Shown in pieces: positions 28,358-41,704 of a DNA stretch of 64,000 bases. The notes beneath the pieces were generated by a model. The model made no database searches and had not been told where the DNA came from. It was given only the letters and a program-made list of their open reading frames with translations. The stretch lies in the NCBI GenBank assembly GCA_951406725.2, contig OX597826.1:19902001-19966000 (forward strand), read 5' to 3'. This stretch comes from Octopus vulgaris (taxonomy: Eukaryota). Position 1 is the first letter of the stretch. Each line of letters begins with the position of its first letter. Position numbers and translations under genes: made by a program.

Positions 28358-30699
28358 TACTTTTCCAGGTTCAGTCAATGAAGAATATTATAGAGAGAGG
28401 GAGAGAGAGGGAGAAAGTGGGGAGATGGGAGGGGGAGAGGGGGAAAGAGGGGGGATGGAAGGGGAGAAGGAGATGGGAAGGAGAGAGGGAAGGGGAGATG
28501 GGGAGAGAGAAAGTAATGTTTGTTGCCACTTTTGCGTGGCCGTTCCACGCAGAACAATATTACTACAGGGAAACATTGTTTTTTCCCCAGCTAGTTCACA
28601 ACACACAACCTGTGTCTGATATACTGCGAGTAAGAGAGCAAACCACTCCCCTTTTCCAACGTGGGAAGATCAGTAGACCAGCTGGTTTCTGGGTGTGGAC
28701 GCTTGCTCGGGGAGCACAACTACATTATCTTTCAGAATAGCAGTGATATGAAGATTTAAAGGCGTTACTCAATTTCCTAATTGACCAACGGTTTCTACTA
28801 CGGCAATTTTTATGTAGCTTACAGACTTATTCGTATAGTTCACTAATTTTATCTTTGATTTTGGTACACCTATATCAAAAATAATTTTAAAATAAGGACA
28901 CTACACTTCTTCGAAATTGCATCAATCTGTTACACTCCTTCTTTCGGAACACCCATATTTTATCGTAACTTTTTTTTTATTCAACCAGTTTTCTATTTTA
29001 TCTCAAATTTAGTGGAGCTATAATCCTTCTTAGTGAATGCAACTGCATTTAATTTGTTCCTGAATTGGATTCGCATAGAAGTGGTTGCGAAAAAAATCAC
29101 TGTCTTCCTTAAGAATGTTATTCATTCACTGCCATTGATGAATGATGTGGAAAAGATGTAACTATGAATGCGATATCAATAGTAACTTTATGAATACATT
29201 ATCAATGACTCTAAATGTAACATTAGCTCTGAATCAAAGTAATAAACATAATTGGAGATAAAATATCTGTAAATCTAAGTATGACATAAGTAAGAAAACT
29301 GTAGCATTCGATGTATGTAATATGAAAGCGACTCTCGGCATGCAACGTAACAATGGCATTTAATATATAGTTAGCGGCACTCATGAATATTTCACGGAAT
29401 TAATGGTAAACTTATTGGGTAATTTCTGAAAACGTTATCCAAAAAACCTGCAAGTGTAGCCTGTGTTGTGTCTGTCTCAAAAGATAGGCGTTCATCTGCT
29501 ATTCATCGAAAAGTGACAGAAATTGGAATACGATGATTACTTTATGCACTTTATATATACACTTTATGAACAATTTTATAGTTCTAATACGCAGCACTCT
29601 CCCTCTTTATCTCTCGCCTTACCCTCTTTTTCTTTCTCTTTTTCCTTTCACTTTTCGCCTTTCTCTTCAACTAACCACGCGAAAGCGTTACAGACGGGCT
29701 AAGTAACGGAGGAAAAAGCTTAGTTAAAAAAAGAATTACATAATGCACTCACCACCACCTCTCCTTCCCCCCTCCTCCCCTACTCTGCATCGGACTTTGT
29801 ATATATGTAACACGAATATAAATTGGTTTTGTGTAAACTTAATAAGAACCACCGGTATGTAATAAAATGAATAACTAGAATTATATAATCCCAACGGTAA
29901 TTTGATTTATGTAACCAAAATTAAATTCCTCTTTGTATGGGAGAGATAGAGAGAAAGAGAGATAGAGGGAGGGTGTTACTTAATAAGACTGGGAAATAAA
30001 GAAGTAAATATATTAGGTTGGAAAGAAAATCGTGCTTCAGTTTTAACATGATCACTTTGAGTATAGTTTTTGATACTCTAAAGTAATCGATAATGTTTAC
30101 ACCCTAATGTTTTCTCTTTTTTCTGCATATTTTTATACTTTAGTGATAAAATTGGTATCTATTTTACCCTTTTTAAATAAGTTTAGCTCATATCCGTATC
30201 AGGCATGTGGTATGGATTCAAAAGGGGCTTTCGGATGGTAGCAACAAGAAATATTCGTTCTGTCTATGGAAATAAAACTTTAAATATCCGGTCGTGCCAA
30301 CGAGAGTTTGCCCAGTTTCGCTCAGGAAATTTTTCTGTCACAGATTACCCTCGACCTGGACGTCCAAGTTCTGTTAATATGGAGCTTCTGAAAACCGTAA
30401 AATACAAAGCAAACTGCACGAGAATTAGCAAAACAGGAAAACTCAAGTCCCGGTTTGATTATAAAACACCTTCAAGCTAAAGTATCTAAACCTGGTCAGT
30501 GGATCCCTCATCATCTGACTGCTTCTCCGTTTAATCGAAGTCATTGAAAAGAATGAGCTGTATCCGAGGAGTTTTGAACCTTTTTTAAGGAGTAACGGTT
30601 ATAACAGTCCTAAATTATTGTAATTTTCGTATTTCATTACTAAACCGCCAACTTTTTGTTCCAGATTGAAAGAGGTGGCAGTAAGAATACATCCTACTT

Positions 30700-31140
30700 A
30701 ACACTGAGTGCCACACGTGAAGACAATTTGCAAGCTCACTATTCAATAAAGTTCTGTGCTAAACTGGACATTACTGTTACAGAAACTTATGAAATGCTCC
30801 AGACTGCTTGTGGATTATCTTGTATGAGCCGAGTATATGTTTTAACTGGTAAAAGAGGATCAAGGACAGTAGAATAGATGTGAGAGACAATGTGTGGGAG
30901 GGAGAGGGAAGTTAGAACATTAGAACTGGTTGAGAAAATTCGCAATTTTCTGGGTGAAGACAGTGGAAAGATGAAAGAGGCTGTGACAAGGGTCCTGGAC
31001 ACATTCACTTAGTAGGACTTCCATGGAGCCTTCACGGCGTAGGTGGAGAGCTACAAGTGAATTGAAGTCAGAGGATCCTACTTTGAAGTAGATTAAAGTT
31101 TTGTGCTTCTTTGAAGTTAATGTCTTCCCTGAAAAGTCTC
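30700..31140 (+). mobile_element. Second mariner-family fragment nested in the first
   Basis: HYSIKFCAKLDITVTETYEMLQTACG HTH, plus a C-terminal RGSYFE-like end. Confidence 0.65.
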
Positions 31141-31274
31141 AAAATCTCTAGACTTTCTACCGAACGTTTCATAAGTACATTCATCCAAACTGGTGAAAAG
31201 TGGCTCCTCTATCATCATTCCCAACGAAAAGGACAATGGTTGGTATTGTTTGATTCTTTCACCCGCACGATTTT

Positions 31275-31900
31275 CATTAAGTAAAAAGAAACAAACTCGG
31301 ATTTTTTGCGTGGAATCAAGTACCCTGACCTCCTAATATGCTGCAAACTCCTTATTTTTGTTCGGAAAATAAAGATATTTATGTTTTGATATTATACTTT
31401 TACTTCGTTTCACATATACAAGCAAAATCTCTAACGTTTATTTTTAGATGAATTTATTGTTCGTTATCCCTCCACACACTTCTTTACCACTAACTTCTAT
31501 AACCTCCGCATTTTCCCTTATTCATTTCAAACTTCCTTGAATTTTCAATCTAAAGTAATCCACACTCTCTCGAAAACGTATTTCTGCAAAATGTTATCTA
31601 AAATTATAGGTAAAGAAAGAAATAGCCAAAAATATTTGAAAATGGAGGTGGGAAGTGAAATTTCTGAGGGTTCCACCCCACTCCACCCCGATTTCCGGGG
31701 TCCAAAAAGGGTTTTGTGGCATATTAGGAGGTCACCGGAATTCAGTCAACGAAAAAAAAAATTCCAATGATTCCGGGGGGGGATGGGGCATCCAGTTTCC
31801 CACCCACCCCTTTTTTCCGAACAAAAACAAGGGGGTTACAGCATATTAGGTTAGTGTACTTGATTCCATGCAAAAAATCCGAGTATTTTTTTTCTTAGTG
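31275..31900. mobile_element. MITE with about 100-bp TIRs and CA(C/T)TA termini
   Basis: Left ctcggattttttgcgtggaatcaagtaccctgacc vs right ggttagtgtacttgattccatgcaaaaaatccgag. Ends are cattaag and cttagtg. Confidence 0.75.
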
Positions 31901-32010
31901 ATGGGGTATGAAGAGAGTCGTCTATGATAAAGTATTAAACTAAAACGAAACTGTTAGTCGTCAGTTAGAAGAACTTCACGAAAATCTCCAGAAAAAGCGT
32001 GCCTCACTGG

Positions 32011-35000
32011 ACGCTTTTCAGTTTAATCGAAGTCATTGAAAAGAATGAGGTGCATCCTTGGAGTTTTGAGACTTTTTTTAAGGAGAGAGAGTCTTAACAG
32101 TCCTACATTAAAAGGATTATAACAGTAGCGACGAGATTTAAACAACGTACGGGGAATTAATAAAGTCGAAGGGGATCTAAACAACTCATGAGGAATTAAT
32201 GGAGTTAATAGAAACTCGAAGAGGAGTTAATAATCTCACAAAGTTTTGTTGTGCGAATTTTACGAAAAAATCGTAAAATAATGTAAAATTTGTTGGCCGG
32301 TTTGCTCGAGTTGCAAAAACAGCAACAACAACTGAAAGAATAACAACAGCAGCAGCTAAAACTGCAAGAGCAACAACATAAGCAGCTAAAACTGCAAGAG
32401 CAACAACATAAGCAACAGCAACAACAAATACTGCAATCACTGAAGCCGTAGGTAAGCCAGAAAAAGCATTTTCGGCAAACTATATCACGAACTCCATAAC
32501 AGAGTTCAAATACGAACCTAACGAAGGAGTTACCTTCGCAGAGCATACTACAAAAGACATAAGCAAATCTAGAAAGAATGTAAAGATTTGGACGACAAGA
32601 TGAAAATGCGCTTAATCTTGAGAAAACTAGCGGCAACAGAACATGAGCGATACAATAATTTTGTACTCCTAGGAAAACCTGCGGACATAAACTTTAATGA
32701 CACAATAGAGATACTGTGTAAAATTTTCAGTGAAAAAGCTCATTGTTCAACACACGTTTTGCTGATAGAGTTAACAGGGAATGCGAGAAGTTCAAGCTGG
32801 AAGAATTAACGCAAGATATGTTCAAATGCCTTATTTTTACACAGGCTTACTGCCGAAAGGATGCAGCAGTTAGAACCAGAATTCTCGCAAAGCTGGAACA
32901 AAACCAGAATTTAATCCTACAGCAAATGTCAGAAGAGTATGAAAGGATAGTCTTATTAAGACACGACACAGAAGAAAATGAACGTAAATGATTGTTTCCA
33001 AGTAAAGCAAATGTGAAATAGAATAGAGATAAAGTGTTTTCTAAACAAAAAAATAAACAGGACAAAAATCAAGAAATAAACCCATGTTTTGCATGTGGAA
33101 GTATACACCTGAGGAAAAAATGTCCATTTAAAAAAGCGGAGTGCTTTCATTGGGGAAATATAGGACATATACATTTCTTTATTGCCCACAAGGGGCTAAA
33201 CATAAAGGGGGCAAACAAGGACAGACAAACGGATTAAGTCGATTACATCGACCCCAGTGCGTAACTGGTACTTAATTTATCAACCCCGAAAATATGAAAG
33301 GAAAAGTCGACCTCGGCGGAATTTGAACTCAGAACGTAACGGCAGACGAAATACCGCTAAGCATTTCGTCCGGCGTGCTAACGTCTCTGCCAGTTCGCCG
33401 TCTTTTATGGAAATATAGGACATATAAAGACGCACATTAGAACGAAGATGACAAAACGTCAGAACAAAGGAAAAAGAATGTCATCGGAAGAGATTGGTAA
33501 TATAACGATGAGGAAATTCGTGAAGGTGAAAATCAGAAATACAAGTGTTAAAATACATTTGGACACTGGTATTGATGTCACCATTATAAACACACACACA
33601 CACAAAAACGCGAAAATATGTCGGTAAGCCGAAATTAATTAAATCGAAAAAGGTATCACGTGGTGTTAAGGGGAAAAGAATATATTTCTTCGGTGAATTC
33701 ATATGCAATGTAACACATCGAGGTCAAACAAAAAAGGCTAAAATATATGTGTTAAAAAGTTCACCTAATCTATTCGGCTCAGAGTGGATGGAACTATTCA
33801 AATTATGTGATACGCCCACAAGTGTCCTGTGTGAAAATATAGTTGGGCCAGGCAAAGGTTCAAATGCGGCTGAGAGACTGAAGCGAAAAGTTTCAGTCAA
33901 ACGAAGTGGAACACCGGTATGTAAGCCAGAACGAAATGAAAAATTGCCCACAATAAAAAGTAAACATTGTTGAAAAGTCGATGTTCAGTGGTTGAGACTA
34001 CAACACATCGATTTCGCTGGTCCTTTAAATGCTTCTTACGATTTAGTGGTACTTGATAGTTTTTCGAAATGGCCTGAAATTTGTAAGTGTATAAAATCAA
34101 TCTCCTCAACTGTGATAAACTATTTACAAGAATTGTCTGAAATATTTCGCATCCCAAACAAGATAATGTTTGACAATGGAACGCAATTTGTGTCTAGCGA
34201 ATTTTTAAAATTTTGTGAAACGTTCGCGGTAGAACATATAACTACGGCGCCATACCATCCCAGATCTAATGGACAGGCAAGAATGCTTGGTCGATACCGT
34301 CAAAAGAGCCCTTAGAAAATCGAATGAGGAAGTCACGGATGAGGTAGCTCTACAACAATTTTTAAGAGTGTACCGTGTAACACCAAATCCGAATACACCA
34401 GCAGGTAGCTCCAAGGAAAGTAAAATCAGTCCTTGATAAATTGCTACCTGGCAAGAAAAGAAAAGTGCCTGGGAATACATAGTAAAATTCTTTAAAGTTG
34501 GTGAAAAGGTGTATATGAGGGCATACAAGAATAGAAAGCAGAGTTGAGGAGATGGCGTAATTACCAAATGCATAGGTAAAATGTATGGGGTAGAAAAGGC
34601 ATACAAAAGAGACGGGAACCAACGGAAAAAGAAAATCGTGGAAAGAGAACCAAAGAAGTTGGAGGAACCGATGTATTGGTTGTACGATACGTTCCAAGTA
34701 CCGACGCCACTGCAGGAGATTGAACCAAGACGTACAAATGAGATGAAAAGAAAACAGAGTTCCTGCCAAGCGCAAAAAAATATTAAATTGTACGAAAAAG
34801 TCAAAAAGGGAGATGGGGGAATAAAGAAATTATTTCTAAATAAAATTACACTTCCTGAGAAAAACTTAACAGGGGAGATGTAAGGAATTAGTAATAATGG
34901 TACAGCCCTCCCACGTAACGAATGGAATGACCTAGTAAAGAGAGAACGTAGTAGGCGGTTAGATACAATCACGTCTTTACTGGTTTTACTAAGTATACTG

Positions 35001-35040
35001 TATACTGAAGTGGGAGTTATAGTAATCCAACATTGTAAGG
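32011..35040 (+). mobile_element. Gypsy LTR retrotransposon remnant lacking RT/RNase H
   Basis: LTR end TATAACA plus PBS-like gtagcgacgag (32125), poly-Q gag, CCHC knuckles, protease LDTG, integrase HIDFAGP..FDNGTQF..PYHPRSNGQA, PPT aggggaga then TGTA at 34879. Confidence 0.88.
33172..33408 (-). mobile_element. tRNA-SINE family 1 inside Gypsy gag, 18-bp TSD
   Basis: TSD ggaaatataggacatata at 33154-33171 and 33409-33426. Confidence 0.88.
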
Positions 35041-35664
35041 ATACTAAATATGAAAATTTTGCATCTTCCTCCTTGCTCTCCTGACGTTGCACCATTTGAC
35101 TGTCACCTTTTCAGATTGTTGCAGCTCTATTTATAGGGAAAACAGTTTACTAACTGTGAAATTGTTAAAAAGGATATTCAGTGTTGTTTTTGCAGATTCA
35201 ACAATTTACCAAATAGATGGGATTATGTTATCAATAATGAGGAGGCAAATCTTGATAAAATATATCAATTAAGACTAAAGAATCATTTCTTTCTTTCTTA
35301 CCATGAAATACGAAATGACTTTCTTTCCTACCTAATAATTTCATGTTTATAATACCAACAGTCGTTACTTCTTTATAACATCTTTAAGTCACACTTAACT
35401 CGCTTAAACACTAAATATATTTTAATGACAAGAAAAGATGTTTATGATTTCACATAACAATCTGTAAAGAAAATTAGAAGTTTAAGTGGGTGAATACGTC
35501 GCTTATAAGATAATCTGGTAGATCAAAAGGAAGAGGTGGTTTCGATCACCTATTCAAAATATTTCATTCATATATACCCAATGTCACATCAGAACCGTAA
35601 ACGCTACTACAATGCTTTCCTTCCCCTCAAAACGTACTGCTTTTGACTATTGGAAAGTAATAAA

Positions 35665-35840
35665 TATTGGTTTCAGGTTCTGACACAAAACCAGCAATTT
35701 CGGTACATCGACCTCCCTTTTCAACTGGTTCTTATTTTACCAACTCCGAAAAGATGAAAGTTAAAGTCGACCCCGGCGGCATTTGAACTCAGAACGTAAA
35801 GAAATACCGCTAAGCATTTTTTTCAAAGCGCAACGATTCT
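35665..35840 (-). mobile_element. tRNA-SINE family 1, decayed
   Basis: Core aaagtcgaccccggcggcatttgaactcagaacg. Confidence 0.75.
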
Positions 35841-36218
35841 GTTGAAAAGATATTAAGAAATAAAATTATGAACGCCATTTTACTCTTCGAGATTGAGCAT
35901 CGGTATTGATTACTGGCTGATACAGGTGCATTTCGATTAATAAATCTTGGGCAAGTTATCAAACTCATGACACCTCAGTCCATTATTCTCCATAAAATAT
36001 GGAATCTTTGTACGATGTCAAACATAAGCTAATATTTAGAAATGAACGTTTTGTTGTGTTATCAGAGCTTTAAAAAAGGGGCAATATTTGTTCTGCTGTT
36101 GAATAAGCATTGAATAAAATGTGAGTTATTAGGCCCATAAATAGAGAATAGTCCTCAGTAAAACGAAACACCCTTTGGAAACGCCTTCAGCAATAGAAGA
36201 TATTAATAAATGTCTCAC

Positions 36219-36278
36219 CTGTTTGGTCTAATTTAAATGTATGAAGCATTTTAGCCTGCACCATCAACTGAAGGAAGG
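36219..36278 (-). CDS. PAN/Apple gene exon 2 (AFLQLMVQAKMLHTFKLDQTG)
   Basis: Acceptor tttgtttctgcag|, donor CAG|gtgaga, 60 nt, phase 1-1, open frame. Confidence 0.75.
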
Positions 36279-36743
36279 CTGCAGAAACAAAGTGAAATGG
36301 TATTTAGAAACGAAAAAGAAAACAATAAGAAATTTACAGTTTACTTATGATATGAACGAGGTGTGTGAATGAAATATCAATTTGTGCTTGTGTTACTTAG
36401 AAATATGCGCTTTGGAAGCTAGGGTTATGAAAACATCTTGTTGATCATTGGAGTTTTCCTAAATTTAATCTTGATATAACGTATCAATAATGTTAGACTT
36501 TCGTAACCCTGCTCTTCTTCAATGTATTGTCCAAAGCTGATATCACAGGTTTGATAGAAAACTGAATCTAAAAACAGATTTATAGTAACATGTTAATTAG
36601 ATCATCACCGCCGTGAGGTGTCAACTCATGCTTGAGAAATGTCATGAATTCTAAATCGGCAATTATTTACCGTAAGCTATTTCACAAGAAAATATATCGA
36701 AATAAAAATTTATCGCTTACTTTATCCCACAAAGTATACGCAC

Positions 36744-36786
36744 CGAAAATTGCTATGAAGCATGGCAATAGCTCTCCTGACTTCAT
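36744..36786 (-). CDS. PAN/Apple gene exon 1 (start codon, N-terminal part of signal peptide MKSGELLPCFIAIF)
   Basis: gccATG at 36786. Donor TTCG|gtgcgt, phase 1. Joins exon 2 in frame to give MKSGELLPCFIAIFAFLQLMVQA-K, a hydrophobic signal peptide with a V-x-A cleavage motif. Confidence 0.75.
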
Positions 36787-36847
36787 GGCTGCACAGTTTT
36801 AACAATTGCTGGTTAAACGAAGTTCTGCTTCCGTGAAATGGTGATCT

Positions 36848-36883
36848 ACTGACGTTGTCAGCGAGAAGCAATGAAGTTATATA
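36848..36883 (-). promoter_or_regulatory. Core promoter of the PAN/Apple gene: TATA box and initiator
   Basis: Minus strand TATATAA (36883-36877) is followed about 30 nt later by TCAGT (36852-36848, +1 A near 36850), and gccATG lies 64 nt downstream of +1. Confidence 0.7.
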
Positions 36884-37038
36884 GAAGTTTCGTTAAGCAG
36901 GCAAGTTAATGAAATATTTCAGAACAAATACATCTGTCTGACGAATTTCAATAAATCATTTCTCCGCATTTTTTTATGTAAATATTTATTTGCAGCTCCT
37001 TTGTTTTTGTATCTGAATCAGTGTGTGTGTGGGTGTGC

Positions 37039-37084
<46 letters not shown>

Positions 37085-37404
37085 GCATACATATATATAT
37101 ATATACACACATGTGTGTGTATGTGTACATTAGATGCTTCCCTCTCCAGCTGTTCAAGTAGGTGTCCACATTTTCATCTGCCTATATTACATGGGCATGA
37201 ATATATTATTTTGGGCAATATTTTATAAATATGTACTTTCTTAAATCGTAAAAGATAGATTTTTTTTGTATTTTAATCCAATCAATACATTTATGAGCAG
37301 TTTAGTCTCCTTTGCGAAATATTTAAACAGGTTTATAACATCGTTAACCGATAAATAGAAAATCTAACCAAAAAATAATTTAATTTTTATCATTATATAA
37401 ATAT

Positions 37405-37580
37405 TGGTTTCAAATTTTTAATACAGGTCCAGTAATCTTGGGTCGATTACATTAACCCCAGTGCTGAAGTGGTATCTATTTTATCGGTCCCGAAAAGATG
37501 AAAGGCAAAGTCAACCTCGGTAATGACTGACGAAATACCACTAAGTACTTATTCGGCGTTCTAACAATTCTACCTGCTAC
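37405..37580 (-). mobile_element. tRNA-SINE family 1, decayed
   Basis: Core gatgaaaggcaaagtcaacctcgg. Confidence 0.7.
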
Positions 37581-37783
37581 AAACCATCATATAAATATGC
37601 AATGTAATTTCTGAAGGCAGTTTTGGACCTTCGTGTATTGAAGTGATATATAATGTTCATATAGAGAGCTGAAAAATGTTTAATCAATTGAAAGCAAAAA
37701 CAATTTCAATACAATAAAGTCACATGTTAAAACATGCAATATACCGTTTAATTAAGATAATGTATTATTTAAGTACAGACTGA

Positions 37784-38022
37784 AGGCGGCGAGCTGGCAG
37801 AAGCGTTTGCATGCCGGGCGAAATGCCTAGCCGTATTTCGTCTGCCGTTACGTTCTGAGATCAAATTCCACCGCGGTCGACTTTGCCTTTCATCCTTTCG
37901 GGGTCGATAAATTAAGTACCAGTTAGGCACTGGGGTCGATGTAATCGATTTAATCCGTTTGTCTGTCCTTGTTTGTCCCCTCCGTGTTTATCCCCTTGTG
38001 GGTAATAAAGAAATAGGTATTT
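37784..38022 (+). mobile_element. tRNA-SINE family 1, near full length
   Basis: ggcggcgagctggcagaa head, B-box-like gatcaaattcc, core gtcgactttgcctttcatcctttcggggtcgat. Confidence 0.88.
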
Positions 38023-38330
38023 CGTATGTCTTTATTGTTCGGGTGAATGGTTTCTCTTCGAAACCGTTCAACATCAAGTGCTCAGTTCGTCAAGGATGTC
38101 CCCTCTCTCCCCTTCTGTACGTATTGGCTCTTGAGCCTTTGCTGCGGAGGTTGAAGGGACCGGGGGCATCCCGTGCGATCTAGGTTATAGGAGGACGGTC
38201 GCGGCGTTTGCAGATGGCAGCATTATCATCGTGTCCGAGGTGGATCACCTACAGATTGTGGGTGAAGCCAGCAAGGAACACGATGTGGTGGCAGGAGCAA
38301 AAATTAACCGAGAAAAATTAGTCGGCTTGT
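38023..38330 (+). mobile_element. L1/Tx1-like LINE RT fragment
   Basis: VRVNGFSSKPFNIKCSVRQGCPLSPLLYVLALEPLL and AFAD. Confidence 0.75.
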
Positions 38331-39057
38331 TTTAGTCCCACATCAATTGAATTCGGAGAACATGGCCCAACGAATGTCCTTCTGCGATTTGTAGCAGATG
38401 CTTGAAAAACGATCCCTTTTTGAAGAGAATTGTAACAGGGACGAAAAATGGATCGCCTATAACAATGAGAAGCGCCAGCGATCATGGGAGAAGTGCGACG
38501 ACCACCACATACAACCTTCAAAACAGGATTTTTACCTAAAGAAGGTTTTGCTTTCAATTTGATAGGATTGGAAGGGTATTGTCTTTTACGAGCTTCTTTC
38601 CATAAACAGGACCATCAATTCGGAATGTGTACCAACTGGAAGTGTCCAGAACTTGCTAATCGTAAGGGTATTGTCTTTCGTCCCGATAATGCTAGACCTT
38701 ACACTTCTTCGCAGATGCTGCAGACGTTTCTGAGGCTTGGCTGAGAAGTTTTGTCTCGCTCTCCATATTCGCCCGACCTTGCGCATTCAGATTCACTGAA
38801 TGGACAGACTTTCAGCTCTGAAGAGGATGTAAAAATTCACCTGGAAGATTTTTCGCTAGTAAAAGCAGGAAAGTTTTTGAGGAAATAGTGAATCTGCGCA
38901 CAAGATGGTAGAAGAAACTGAAACTAAAAAGCAATTATATAACTGAATATTGATTGAATATGTTTAAAATTAAACGGCAATTATATAAATGATTGAATAT
39001 GTTTAAAAGTTGCCTTATGTTCCCTTAAACTGAACGGAATTTTTGACTAAGCCAATA
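38330..39057 (+). mobile_element. mariner remnant
   Basis: PFLKRIVTG, VFRPDNARPYT, PYSPDLAHSD. Confidence 0.8.
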
Positions 39058-39239
39058 ATCTTGTGAATATAACAGAAATATTATTTTGTGCAAATCATTT
39101 TAGAACAAAGCTTGATAAAGTAGTAATATAGTAAATTAAAATGTAATGACGCTAGAAAATACAAGTATAGACTTTAAAATATTAAATATATAAACATATT
39201 CATATACATATACACAGTGCCAGTGCTTGTAGCAACATT

Positions 39240-40390
39240 TGGGTAACTCGACTGACCATTTCAGGAAATCCGTAACTTGGACATTATGGCTACGAAGATA
39301 CTCACAACGACTGGTAACTTCCATATCAGCAGTGACGTAGACAGAATCTATTTTAAATGGAGAGAAAGTAGAGGTAATCGATCAGTCTAGGCAGCCTTTG
39401 AGTGCCGTGTCATAACACTTAGGCAACATTTATTGAGACACAGATCACTTGATTTTCATAATATTATTACTGTTGAGTACAACTGCAATAATATCATGAA
39501 AATCAGTTGAAGAACTTCTGAAAAAGTAATCTGAGTGTACAGCTGATCCGTGTGAATCACAGGTAGCTGGACCGAGCTACATAATCAGGGACTTAGCGGG
39601 GTAATATTCATCTTACCAGCATAACTACGCTTGCTTACGCATTCCTCAAGTTGGGAGGAATAGCAACCCCTCCTGGATCTGTTGTAAATACATCATAGCT
39701 CTTCTAAAAGCTTCCAACTTTGCTATCCAGGAACAGAAGATAACTTCTGAATACCTGATCAAAAATAAAGGAAATGAAACCAAGAAATTTCCATATTTTT
39801 ATAAAAAATTTCGATTGTGCCGTATCAGTGTGGATATCAACTGTACCACCAACGGTCCAAAAATGTCTGGAAGATTGTACCTTGCCACTCAACATAACAT
39901 TGTCGCTGAGATCAATGACAATGCTACACGCAAGAAGAACTCTTGAAGGCCATACCGTAGGTACACTAAAACCAGAATGTGTCCACATCTTTAAAAATAA
40001 CACTGGTGGAACATTTGAATAAAAACAGCAGCTTGATGTAAGTAAAACAGACTGGATATAATTATATCCGCCGGGGAGCGAAAAGAAAACAATTACTGTT
40101 GCAGAGAGCAACTCGAAAGATATATATGTCTCGTCAAAAACAGGAGAAAAGGAGAACATCTATGGATTACTTATGAGAATTTTCCAGATCTTCTATCAAG
40201 GCTTTAGATTTTTATTTGTCATATGTGGAATGGGTTACTTAACAACAGATCTGCATAGGATTAGAAATGCTTGGGTTCTCTAAAATAGAACAAGGCGAAC
40301 TCATTCACCGTCTCCAAATGTAATAGATTAGAGATACATTGAACATTTGTTAAAAACATTTAAGGAATTCTCCATTTCAGGTTCGTTGGT
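39240..40390 (+). mobile_element. Decayed RLE LINE 3' part followed by (TACA)n
   Basis: RIYF..RESRG, LFAIQEQ and DIIIS motifs, and a C-terminal IHRLQM similar to the 18.7 kb LINE. Confidence 0.55.
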
Positions 40391-40789
40391 TTAAAACATG
40401 CACGGAATCGGATATACAAATAGAATACGCACGAACACATATAGACAATATTAGTAAACACACTAATACACTGAAATGACATGCGCATACACAGAAATAT
40501 GCACACACCAACCAATTCAAATAAACCCAAACCCAAAGAGCTAACTCAACTTAAACAAAAGCTCATTGTCACTGTGTTAATGACCAGCTTGGACATTGAA
40601 AGAAAGACTTAAATAAATCCCAAAAGCAAATACATAAATACATACATACATACATACATGCATTCATACATACATAAATACATACATACATACACACATA
40701 CATACACACATACATGCGTGCATGTCAATTTGCATGAATGTATGTTTTTATATATGTGTGTTTGTAATCCAATTTATTCTGTCTCTTGA

Positions 40790-41130
40790 AGGTCAGTAAT
40801 ATGTCATCATGCTGATCAAAGTCAACAAAACTTGTGCCCCTTCAGGGTGTGTAAAGAATATTCTTCTCTATGGAGCTGAAACATGAATAATGATGAAGGA
40901 GTTTCAATGTTCCCTCGTGTAGGATCAAAGCATATCAAGACCAAGAAAGAGATCGATAGAGACCTTCCGCTCGTCTGTTCTGTAAATGCTCAAAGAAGAT
41001 TAGGCTTTGTTGGCTACATACTAAACAACAAGGCACATTAGTTGTTATATTTTGGATTACCTTCACCCTGAAGGAGAACAAAGACCACTCAACTATATCG
41101 CTGTTATTGGTAAATTGAGCATCTACCAAG
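40790..41130 (+). mobile_element. RTE LINE fragment
   Basis: ILLYGAET motif and RLCWLH-like region. Confidence 0.45.
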
Positions 41131-41668
41131 CTTTTGGAAATCAGAGGTTCCTAGTGCAGCATTGTGGGACGCACCCCTGCTGCGGCTGCTTGTAGAAGAC
41201 CGAATGAACAAATGTATGCATGAGTGTGTGTATATATGCGCGGGAATAGGGGTGTCTGCGTGTATGTACTAATTATTTTTATTGACATAAGCCTAAGTTA
41301 CAGATATATACACAGCGGTAAGTTAGCCACTGTATTGCCGTCATCAACAGATAAAGTAGTCACGCAAAAGTTTACTAATTCTAAACAAACCGATGACTAC
41401 AGAAACAATTTTCTTTTTCGTTGTAAAAATTTAAGCAGCGAATTCTAAAAGTTCGAAATTATTAGTGAAAAATATTTTGAAATCACCTTTAAGACATTAT
41501 AGCTAATATAATGAAACTAAAATTATAATCTTGTAAACATAAGGTGAATATCTTTTCGTTCGTGCAAATCTTTTTAGAGGAGGGCTCCATAGAAAATAAA
41601 AATATAAAACTCAAACAAAGATAACAAAAACTATTATAAAGAATTGGACGCAAAAAGATAGAAAGGCT

Positions 41669-41704
<36 letters not shown>

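Larger units (their letters stand above)
30013..35335 (+). mobile_element. mariner element split by nested insertions
   Basis: TIRs ta|ttaggttggaaagaaaatc and gactttctttcctacctaa|ta. Transposase pieces at 30190-30525, 31150-31274, 31901-32010 and 35045-35250. Confidence 0.8.

Noticed and set aside
28390-28512. Purine-rich G-run tract (G-quadruplex or triplex potential)
   Set aside because: A degenerate (GA/GGA) simple repeat in an intron, with no evidence of function.
34205-35095. 296-aa minus-strand ORF
   Set aside because: It is the antisense of the A-rich Gypsy integrase tail and LTR, with no independent motifs.
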